Virus record (IMG/VR): IMGVR_UViG_2667527584_000004
Origin: a virus
Taxonomy: Duplodnaviria > Heunggongvirae > Uroviricota > Caudoviricetes
Reading direction: 5' to 3' (one strand)
Length of the DNA stretch: 4,535 nucleotides
Made by a program: the position numbers and the translations under genes. Positions within the stretch are counted from its first letter, which is position 1. The number at the start of each line of letters is the position of its first letter. Below are positions 1 to 4,535 of the stretch, one piece after another. The notes beneath the pieces are model-generated. The model had not been told where the DNA came from. It searched no databases and saw only the letters and a list, made by a program, of their open reading frames with translations.

Positions 1-325
1 CGGCAAGAGTCAGTAATTGTCCCTGGTCTTCCTGCAGAATAGTCAGGCGACCACCGCGATTGACATACATCGGCGTTTCGGTGGTGTCTTCTTCGGAAAT
101 TTTCCCGCGGTTAGTCGGACGAACATATGAGAGTTTGTGTTTTATTTTCACACGGTTCTCATCAAACGGTTCGATTTCCAGGTTGAGCGAGACCTTACCT
201 TTGGTTTTCGTGTTCATCACACCGGAAGCGACTTCACTGAGAACTGCGCCGATTTTGGTTTCAAATACGCCGCCGTCCAGCTCCCCGATAAATTCCTGCA
301 CGTTGGTACTGCGTTCGCTAGCCAT
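1..325 (-). CDS. Hypothetical prophage early-left protein; N-terminal ~108 codons only, gene continues past the window start
   Basis: Minus-strand reading frame open to the window edge, so absent from the ORF track. ATG at 325-323 with GAGGAG (338-333) 7 nt upstream. Translation begins MASERSTNVQEFIGELDGGVFETKIGAVLSEVASGVMNTKTKGKVSLNLEIEPFDENRVKIKH. Family not recognised. Confidence 0.7.
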   Translation of the reverse strand, partial: MASERSTNVQEFIGELDGGVFETKIGAVLSEVASGVMNTKTKGKVSLNLEIEPFDENRVKIKHKLSYVRPTNRGKISEEDTTETPMYVNRGGRLTILQEDQGQLLTLA

Positions 326-373
326 TTTGCTGCTCCTCATCATATCGACCCTGCAAGGTCGGTTGGTTTCTCC

Positions 374-462
374 ACAAAACAGAGAAGAACACCTGCGGTG
401 GCAGCCGCCCGGGTGGATTGGGTTATGAGCCCGTCGTCCGGTGATGCTCTTCTCTGTTTTGT
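374..462. repeat. 15-bp perfect inverted repeat (ACAAAACAGAGAAGA at 374-388, TCTTCTCTGTTTTGT at 448-462) around a 59-nt GC-rich spacer
   Basis: Read directly from the sequence; the arms are exact reverse complements. Confidence 0.8.
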
Positions 463-508
463 AAAAAGAGCGGTACCAGCCGGAAGCAAGGGTACAAGCT
501 GGTACCGC
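461..508 (-). terminator. Candidate intrinsic terminator for leftward transcription
   Basis: 11-bp perfect GC-rich stem (470-480 GCGGTACCAGC pairs with 498-508 GCTGGTACCGC) with a 17-nt loop. On the minus strand the stem is followed by TCTTTTT (469-463). No T-tract follows it on the plus strand. The loop is long for a canonical terminator. Confidence 0.45.
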
Positions 509-793
509 CAGGACTACACACAGCATAAAGTTGTGGTGCCGGGTGCCTCCCGGTGCCTGGCGAAGGTTGCACACCAGGCGGGTGGGTATCCACAGAAGGT
601 CGACTGTCAGCCTCAACCTTAACCCGCGTGCGCTGAGCCGCATTCACCACAACGCTAAGGATTCTCTCTGGTTGAAAATACTTAGCTGTTATGTGCCTGC
701 TTTTAGCCACATCAGGCGAGGTGGGCCTGGTTATTCCCCAACAACAAGGATTCGGCTAATCTGGATGACTCTGTTCTTAGAGGGGATAATTAA

Positions 794-1306
794 ATGGGAG
801 CGATTTATGTTAAACGTTTGATTCTGTCGGTAGCACTGATAATACCGATAGCATCCAATGCTTCTGATGCTTTGAACCAGCCGAGCAGTAGTCTAAATGA
901 TGGTGTTGAGACTTTTTTTATTTCCTGCTTTGATATGCCTCAGGAAACAACTACTGATATGGACGCTTGTCAGAGAGTTCAGTTAGCTCAGGTTAGTTGG
1001 GTTAAGAATAAGTATTCGGTGGCCGCCCTGAATCGTTTGAAACAAGACAACAAGGATGATCCACAGCGTCTGCAGGAATTAACTGCTTCTTTTAACGCGG
1101 AAAGTGAAGCTTGGACAGAATTAATTGAGAAAGCGTCAAAGTCCGTCCAGGTTGATTATGCAGGAGGAACTATAGCTGGCACTGCAGTTGCATCACGTCA
1201 AATTGGTCTTCTGGAATTACAATCCCACGATATCTGGGAGCACTGGCTACGATTCGAGGACTCAACTCCTCCTCTTTTGCCAGAACCAAAGTTCAAATCT
1301 GAGTAA
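794..1306 (+). CDS. Secreted/periplasmic protein with Sec signal peptide; tentatively DUF1311 (LprI lysozyme-inhibitor-like) family; prophage moron
   Basis: 170-aa ORF. ATG at 794 with GAGGGG 9-14 nt upstream. N-terminus MGAIYVKRLILSVALIIPIASNA then SDA has the n-region, hydrophobic core and AXA cleavage site of a signal peptide. Double stop TAATAA, then a terminator. GC content clearly lower than flanks. Family assignment rests on a remembered motif pattern (Cys pair near N-terminus, AW...YAGG segment). Confidence 0.8.
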   Translation: MGAIYVKRLILSVALIIPIASNASDALNQPSSSLNDGVETFFISCFDMPQETTTDMDACQRVQLAQVSWVKNKYSVAALNRLKQDNKDDPQRLQELTASFNAESEAWTELIEKASKSVQVDYAGGTIAGTAVASRQIGLLELQSHDIWEHWLRFEDSTPPLLPEPKFKSE

Positions 1307-1319
1307 TAAGTCATCCAGA

Positions 1320-1332
1320 TTGTTAAAGAGCG
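1320..1332 (-). promoter_or_regulatory. boxA-like motif CGCTCTTTAACAA on the minus strand, about 100 nt downstream of the PL-like promoter
   Basis: Reverse complement of plus 1320-1332. Matches the lambda/rrn boxA core CGCTCTT(T)A and 12 of 13 positions of the rrn boxA as I recall it (TGCTCTTTAACAA). Functional status unknown. Confidence 0.3.
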
Positions 1333-1333
1333 A

Positions 1334-1360
1334 AGCGTCCTATAGGGCGCTTTTTTGTTG
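1334..1360 (+). terminator. Rho-independent terminator of the secreted-protein gene
   Basis: Stem AGCGTCC (1334-1340) / GGGCGCT (1345-1351) with one G-U pair, loop TATA, followed by TTTTTTGTTG, 28 nt after the stop codon. Confidence 0.7.
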
Positions 1361-1441
1361 CTAACGAATCATCCTGGACTTCATATGCCCCAGGCGGCTA
1401 CTTCGTGGGCGTCCTGCCTGTTTGTTGTTTCTCTTGGGTAC

Positions 1442-1469
1442 ATTATGTATCTCAAAGGTACATTGTCAA
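1442..1469 (-). promoter_or_regulatory. PL-like leftward promoter
   Basis: Minus strand: -35 TTGACA (1469-1464), 16-nt spacer, -10 CATAAT (1447-1442). An operator overlaps the spacer. Confidence 0.6.
1446..1462. promoter_or_regulatory. OL-type operator TGTACCTTTGAGATACA (one mismatch from TGTAC-N7-GTACA)
   Basis: Same 17-bp dyad as the two perfect sites between the repressor and cro-like genes. An extra TGTACC half-site lies at 1441-1436 on the minus strand. Confidence 0.5.
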
Positions 1470-1470
1470 G

Positions 1471-1497
1471 TATAAAAAAACCTGCCGAAGCAGGTTC
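1471..1497 (-). terminator. Intrinsic terminator downstream of the repressor gene
   Basis: Minus strand reads AACCTGC-TTCG-GCAGGTT followed by TTTTTATA: a 7-bp stem with a UUCG tetraloop and T-tract, starting 12 nt after the repressor stop (1509-1511). Confidence 0.75.
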
Positions 1498-1508
1498 ATA
1501 AACATTGA

Positions 1509-2183
1509 TTAGGCTTTGATTTTGTATCTTCTTGGTTTTCCTGAGAAAATCACAGTACCAATTATAGAGCAATTACCGTTGATCTTAATGTAAGGCTCAG
1601 GCCAGTTTGGGTTTAACGCTTTGAGATAACGCTGTGTCCCATCTTCTATCAACCTTTTGAAGGTGGTTTCACCTGTATCGTGCATCAATGCAATAACGTC
1701 GTCACCGTGGCAGGCAGGTACTTCAGGATCGACAAAAATCATGTCTCCCGGGCGGTACTCATCAATCATTGAATCACCTATCACCCGCAAGATATAAGTC
1801 ATTTCCCCACAGGGTACAGGGCAGGGATACGTTTCTGCTGTGCTCAAATCAACCTCAGAATATCCAACTTCTTTCCATGCTCCGGCCTGTACCCATGATA
1901 TGACAGGGACTAATGTGATTTGTTTATTAGTGATTGAAACATCAGGTTTTTTTGTGATGTTCGTTGTCTGGTGTTCTTGATCGAGCCATCCGACAGGCAG
2001 GTCGAAACATTTTTCGATGTGTCGTGCCATGCTGTCACCGATATTTTTAGTAGCACCATCTCCCATAAACCTGCTGGTCTGGGTTGGCTCGCGATCAATC
2101 ATAGTGGCAAAGGAAGAATTCCCGCCAACACCATCTCTCAGTTTTCTGGCGTTAGACCGCCGGATGTCATGGATTGTTTTCAT
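1509..2183 (-). CDS. cI: CI-type prophage repressor (N-terminal HTH, C-terminal S24 LexA-like autopeptidase domain)
   Basis: 224 aa. C-terminal half carries the S24 signatures: VQAGAW (Ala-Gly cleavage site), ILRVIGDSM (catalytic Ser), TFKRL (catalytic Lys), and a VDPEV...LKALNPNWP...INGNCSIIG pattern resembling P22 C2 / lambda CI. Divergent from the cro-like gene across an operator region. Confidence 0.92.
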   Translation of the reverse strand: MKTIHDIRRSNARKLRDGVGGNSSFATMIDREPTQTSRFMGDGATKNIGDSMARHIEKCFDLPVGWLDQEHQTTNITKKPDVSITNKQITLVPVISWVQAGAWKEVGYSEVDLSTAETYPCPVPCGEMTYILRVIGDSMIDEYRPGDMIFVDPEVPACHGDDVIALMHDTGETTFKRLIEDGTQRYLKALNPNWPEPYIKINGNCSIIGTVIFSGKPRRYKIKA

Positions 2184-2200
2184 AACGAAATTAAAACCCT

Positions 2201-2217
2201 TGTACCGTTAAGGTACA
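2201..2217. promoter_or_regulatory. Operator TGTACCGTTAAGGTACA (perfect TGTAC-N7-GTACA dyad), proximal to the repressor start
   Basis: Perfect 17-bp dyad, 18 bp from the repressor ATG (2183-2181). Confidence 0.65.
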
Positions 2218-2223
2218 AGTATC

Positions 2224-2251
2224 TTGAAGGTTCATTTCAATCATGTAATAT
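2224..2251 (+). promoter_or_regulatory. PR-like rightward promoter
   Basis: -35 TTGAAG (2224-2229), 16-nt spacer, -10 TAATAT (2246-2251). GGAGG (2259-2263) then ATG at 2274. Exact hexamers are tentative. Confidence 0.5.
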
Positions 2252-2267
2252 GTACACCGGAGGTACA
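2251..2267. promoter_or_regulatory. Operator TGTACACCGGAGGTACA (perfect TGTAC-N7-GTACA dyad), overlapping the PR-like -10/start region
   Basis: Perfect 17-bp dyad, 50 bp centre-to-centre from the first operator, immediately upstream of the cro-like ATG. Confidence 0.65.
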
Positions 2268-2273
2268 CATTGT

Positions 2274-2474
2274 ATGAAAGCGTATTGGGACTCTTTAACC
2301 AAAGAACAGCAGGGCGAGTTGGCCGGAAAAGTTGGCTCAACACCTGGCTACTTACGGCTGGTTTTCAATGGCTATAAAAAAGCCAGTTTTGTGCTGGCTA
2401 AAAAACTTGAGCAATGCACGTCAGGTGCAATTACGAAATCTGACTTAAGACCGGATATCTATCCGAAAGATTAG
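2274..2474 (+). CDS. Cro-like HTH regulator (YdaS/Cro family)
   Basis: 66 aa, MKAYWDSLTKEQQGELAGKVGSTPGYLRLVFNGYKKASFVLAKKLEQCTSGAITKSDLRPDIYPKD. GGAGG 11 nt upstream. The in-frame upstream ATG at 2250 lies inside the operator/-10 and is rejected. Pattern matches short YdaS-type Cro analogues. Confidence 0.85.
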   Translation: MKAYWDSLTKEQQGELAGKVGSTPGYLRLVFNGYKKASFVLAKKLEQCTSGAITKSDLRPDIYPKD

Positions 2475-2505
2475 CAGAACACTTTCAATTTTTAACCACA
2501 GAACG

Positions 2506-3069
2506 ATGAGGCTAATCGTGGGTAAGCATCACTGGAAAATAGAAAAACAGCCTGAGTGGTACGTGAAAGCTGTCAGAAAAACGATCGCGGCGTTGCCGGG
2601 TGGTTACGCTGAAGCGGCTGACTGGCTCGATGTAACAGAAAACGCTTTATTCAACCGCCTTCGTGCAGATGGCGATCAGATTTTCCCGCTGGGATGGGCA
2701 ATGGTTTTACAGCGTGCTGGTGGCACTCACTTCATTGCTGATGCTGTGGCGCAGTCTGCAAATGGCGTCTTTGTGTCTCTTCCTGACGTCGAGGATGTGG
2801 ACAACGCCGATATCAACCAACGCCTGCTGGAGGTCATTGAACAGATCGGCAGTTATTCAAAACAGATTCGTTCAGCAATTGAAGACGGTGTAGTGGAACC
2901 GCATGAGAAGACAGCAATTAACGATGAGCTGTACCTCTCAATTTCGAAGCTGCAGGAGCATGCAGCACTGGTCTACAAAATCTTTTGCGTTTCAGAAAGT
3001 AGTGACGCCCGCGAGTGTGCAGCTCCGGGCGCCGTGGCGTGTCGTGACTGTGGAGAAACTAACGCATGA
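2506..3069 (+). CDS. YdaT/CII-like early regulator
   Basis: 187-aa ORF 31 nt after the cro-like gene. Family call is from remembered similarity to YdaT-type proteins that follow YdaS in Rac-like prophages. ATG 2506 has no clear Shine-Dalgarno; an in-frame GTG at 2518 preceded by GAGG (2508-2511) is an alternative start. C-terminus has a CRDC motif. Confidence 0.8.
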   Translation: MRLIVGKHHWKIEKQPEWYVKAVRKTIAALPGGYAEAADWLDVTENALFNRLRADGDQIFPLGWAMVLQRAGGTHFIADAVAQSANGVFVSLPDVEDVDNADINQRLLEVIEQIGSYSKQIRSAIEDGVVEPHEKTAINDELYLSISKLQEHAALVYKIFCVSESSDARECAAPGAVACRDCGETNA

Positions 3070-3404
3070 ACAGTTTAACAACACACTACCGTCGCTCGCA
3101 ACTGATTGCGCTTCCTGTACCGGGTGGAAAAGCGAAGGTGGAGTATTGCTATGCAGTAAATGTACCAGGTGACAGGGAAATTGTAACCCACAGCTTTGCT
3201 GAGTGGGCTGTGGGTGATTTCAACCGGCAGAAGGAGACAGTCCTTTGCGACAAGTTAACCGCTGGTTCAAAGATCACTACGGAGTGCCCGTCAGAGTCAT
3301 TCGTTGGGAACCGGAAACACAACGGGTTATCTACCTCCGCGAAGGCTATGAGCATGAATGCTTCAGTCCGCTCGAACAGTTTCGTCGTAAATTCAGGGAA
3401 ATAG
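3066..3404 (+). CDS. Hypothetical ORF (doubtful); overlaps the stop of the preceding gene (ATGA) and the whole small gene at 3245..3424
   Basis: 112-aa ORF from the track. The N-terminal half looks protein-like; the C-terminal half is Ser/Asn-rich and looks like an off-frame read of the 3245..3424 gene. Confidence 0.3.
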   Translation: MNSLTTHYRRSQLIALPVPGGKAKVEYCYAVNVPGDREIVTHSFAEWAVGDFNRQKETVLCDKLTAGSKITTECPSESFVGNRKHNGLSTSAKAMSMNASVRSNSFVVNSGK

Positions 3405-3424
3405 AGGTCGGTCATGAGCACTAA
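3245..3424 (+). CDS. Small phage protein, DUF4222-like (tentative), TTG start
   Basis: AGGAG (3232-3236) 8 nt upstream of TTG 3245. Translation [59 protein letters not shown] fits a remembered DUF4222 pattern. Overlaps the O-like start by 11 nt. Below the ORF-track length cut-off. Confidence 0.5.
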   Translation: MRQVNRWFKDHYGVPVRVIRWEPETQRVIYLREGYEHECFSPLEQFRRKFREIEVGHEH

Positions 3425-4325
3425 ATTAACCGGCTATGTATGGGATGGTTGCGCTGCGTCAGGCATGAAGTTATCCAGCGTGGCAATTATGGCCCGCCTG
3501 GCTGATTTCAGTAATGACGAAGGTGTGTGCTGGCCATCAATTGAAACCATTGCCCGCCAGATTGGCGCGGGGATGAGTACCGTCAGAACGGCTATCGCAC
3601 GGCTGGAAGCAGAAGGCTGGTTAACGCGTAAGGCGCGTCGCCAGGGTAACCGCAATGCGTCGAATGTTTATCAGCTTAACGTTGCGAAGCTTCAGGCAGC
3701 GGCATTTTCTCAACTGTCAGATTCTGACCCGTCAAAATTTGATGCGTCGAAATCTGGCAAAAAAGCGGGTTTTCACCCGTCAGAATCTGGCGGGGATCCG
3801 TCAGTAAAATCAAAACATGATCCGTCAGATAAAAAAACTTCTCGTCCGGACGCTTCGCAACCGGACACGCAGACGGCTGAACAGGAGTTTTTAACTCGCC
3901 ATCCTGATGCTGTTGTATTCAGCCCTAAAAAGCGCCAGTGGGGAACGCAGGATGATTTGACCTGCGCACAGTGGCTCTGGAAAAAAATCATCGCCCTGTA
4001 CGAGCAGGCTGCCGAATGTGACGGCGAGGTGGTTCGTCCCAAAGAACCGAACTGGACAGCCTGGGCAAACGAAATTCGCCTGATGTGTGTGCAGGATGGT
4101 CGTACTCACAAACAAATCTGCGAGATGTACAGCCGCGTCAGCCGCGATCCGTTCTGGTGCCGTAACGTGCTCAGCCCGTCGAAGCTGCGGGAAAAATGGG
4201 ATGAGCTTTCCCTGCGCTTATCGCCGTCCGTAAGTACGTACACCGAAAAACGCGAGGACCCGTACTTCAAAGCCAGTTACGACAACGTGGACTACAGCCA
4301 GATCCCGGCAGGATTCAGGGGGTGA
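3414..4325 (+). CDS. Replication initiator, lambda O-like (N-terminal HTH, iteron-encoded linker, C-terminal domain)
   Basis: 303 aa. GAGG (3403-3406) 7 nt upstream. N-terminal winged-helix-like segment SIETIARQIGAGMSTVRTAIARLEAEGWL. The central low-complexity DPS-rich linker is encoded by DNA direct repeats, the hallmark of ori-lambda-type origins inside O genes. Confidence 0.9.
   Translation: MSTKLTGYVWDGCAASGMKLSSVAIMARLADFSNDEGVCWPSIETIARQIGAGMSTVRTAIARLEAEGWLTRKARRQGNRNASNVYQLNVAKLQAAAFSQLSDSDPSKFDASKSGKKAGFHPSESGGDPSVKSKHDPSDKKTSRPDASQPDTQTAEQEFLTRHPDAVVFSPKKRQWGTQDDLTCAQWLWKKIIALYEQAAECDGEVVRPKEPNWTAWANEIRLMCVQDGRTHKQICEMYSRVSRDPFWCRNVLSPSKLREKWDELSLRLSPSVSTYTEKREDPYFKASYDNVDYSQIPAGFRG
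3714..3836. repeat. Iteron array, probable phage replication origin within the O-like gene
   Basis: Six copies of a CCGTCAGA-type core starting at 3714 (CTGTCAGA), 3729 (CCGTCAAA), 3744 (GCGTCGAA), 3777 (CCGTCAGA), 3798 (CCGTCAGT) and 3822 (CCGTCAGA), followed by an A-rich tract (3829-3837). Confidence 0.7.
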
Positions 4326-4327
4326 TC

Positions 4328-4535
4328 ATGAGTCTGTTAAATGACGTTCAGAAATTCATTGAAGCCCATCCGGGGTGTACTTCCGGTGACATTGCGGATG
4401 CTTTTGCAGGTTACTCACGACAGCGCGTTCTGCAGTCAGCAAGCAAGTTACGTCAGAGTGGGCGTGTGGCTCACCGTTGTGAAGGAGATACACGCAGACA
4501 TTTCCCGCGCCTGACTGAGAGAGCGCAGGAACCGC
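4328..4535 (+). CDS. Hypothetical protein, 5' part only; sits where lambdoid phages encode the helicase loader (P/DnaC-like), function unverified
   Basis: ATG 4328 is 2 nt after the O-like stop, with AGGGGG upstream. Frame stays open to the window end, so it is absent from the ORF track. Begins MSLLNDVQKFIEAHPGCTSGDIADAFAGYSRQRVLQSASKLRQSGRV. Confidence 0.7.
   Translation, partial: MSLLNDVQKFIEAHPGCTSGDIADAFAGYSRQRVLQSASKLRQSGRVAHRCEGDTRRHFPRLTERAQEP

Larger units (their letters stand above)
340..793. other. GC-rich, apparently non-coding structured spacer; candidate cis-regulatory RNA or sRNA locus
   Basis: Overlapping ORFs in several frames on both strands, none with a credible start. The 423..710 minus ORF begins with GTG, has no Shine-Dalgarno and runs through a terminator hairpin. 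Dense nested inverted repeats, e.g. 579-584/621-626 enclosing 596-600/616-620. Confidence 0.4.

Noticed and set aside
60-622. Plus-strand ORFs 60..428 and 137..622 from the ORF track
   Set aside because: They lie antisense to a minus-strand gene that has a strong Shine-Dalgarno and protein-like translation, or run into the GC-rich structured region. No ribosome-binding sites and low-complexity translations.
340-793. Retron msr/msd, tmRNA, RNase P RNA, type III toxin-antitoxin repeats, or ERIC/REP elements as the identity of the structured region
   Set aside because: No reverse transcriptase gene follows, there are no tandem ~36-nt repeats, and the sequence does not match what I recall of E. 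coli tmRNA, RNase P RNA, ERIC or REP. The identity remains open.
423-821. ORFs 423..710 (minus) and 531..821 (plus) inside the GC-rich block
   Set aside because: 423..710 starts with GTG, has no Shine-Dalgarno and reads straight through the 11-bp terminator stem. 531..821 overlaps the signal-peptide gene start in another frame. Both are best explained by high GC suppressing stop codons.
1381-1572. Minus-strand 63-aa ORF overlapping the repressor 3' end, its terminator and the PL-like promoter
   Set aside because: It spans a terminator hairpin and promoter elements and overlaps the well-supported repressor gene in another frame.
1910-2211. ORFs 1910..2098 (minus) and 2017..2211 (plus), and the 5' part of 1971..2474, inside or antisense to the repressor gene
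   Set aside because: They are alternative-frame or antisense reads of the repressor gene. Only the 3' 66 codons of 1971..2474 (from ATG 2274) are retained as the cro-like gene.
2663-2893. 76-aa plus ORF inside the YdaT-like gene
   Set aside because: Embedded out of frame in a gene with a better-supported frame; no start signal.
3149-3421. Minus-strand 90-aa ORF antisense to the small-gene region
   Set aside because: Antisense to the rightward early operon, no Shine-Dalgarno, and overlaps a gene with a strong ribosome-binding site.
3434-4115. Minus-strand ORFs 3434..3655, 3773..4042 and 3891..4115 inside the O-like gene
   Set aside because: Antisense to a well-supported replication initiator gene; partly a by-product of the iteron repeats.
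1-4535. CRISPR array, tRNA, rRNA or insertion-sequence content
   Set aside because: No regularly spaced direct repeats with unique spacers, no tRNA-like cloverleaf candidates, and no transposase-like ORF seen.

Overview
This window reads as the immunity and early-replication region of a lambdoid (Rac/P22-like) enterobacterial prophage. All calls come from reading the sequence and the ORF track by eye; protein-family assignments are from memory of family patterns, and no searches or folding were run. Left to right: the 5' end of a leftward early gene (1..325, minus); a GC-rich ~450-bp stretch with no convincing ORF but strong secondary structure (340..793); a low-GC, self-contained secreted-protein gene in the opposite orientation (794..1306, tentatively DUF1311/LprI-like); a PL-like promoter and operator (1442..1469); a CI-type repressor (1509..2183, minus); a divergent operator/promoter region with two perfect TGTAC-N7-GTACA operators; a Cro-like YdaS-family gene (2274..2474); a YdaT/CII-like gene (2506..3069); an ambiguous small-gene region (3050..3424); an O-like replication initiator with in-gene iterons (3414..4325); and the start of a further gene (4328..). 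No N-like antiterminator ORF is visible between PL and the leftward gene. The most unusual element is the structured non-coding stretch at 340..793, which contains a minus-strand terminator directly upstream of the leftward gene and may be a cis-acting RNA element; this is inference only.
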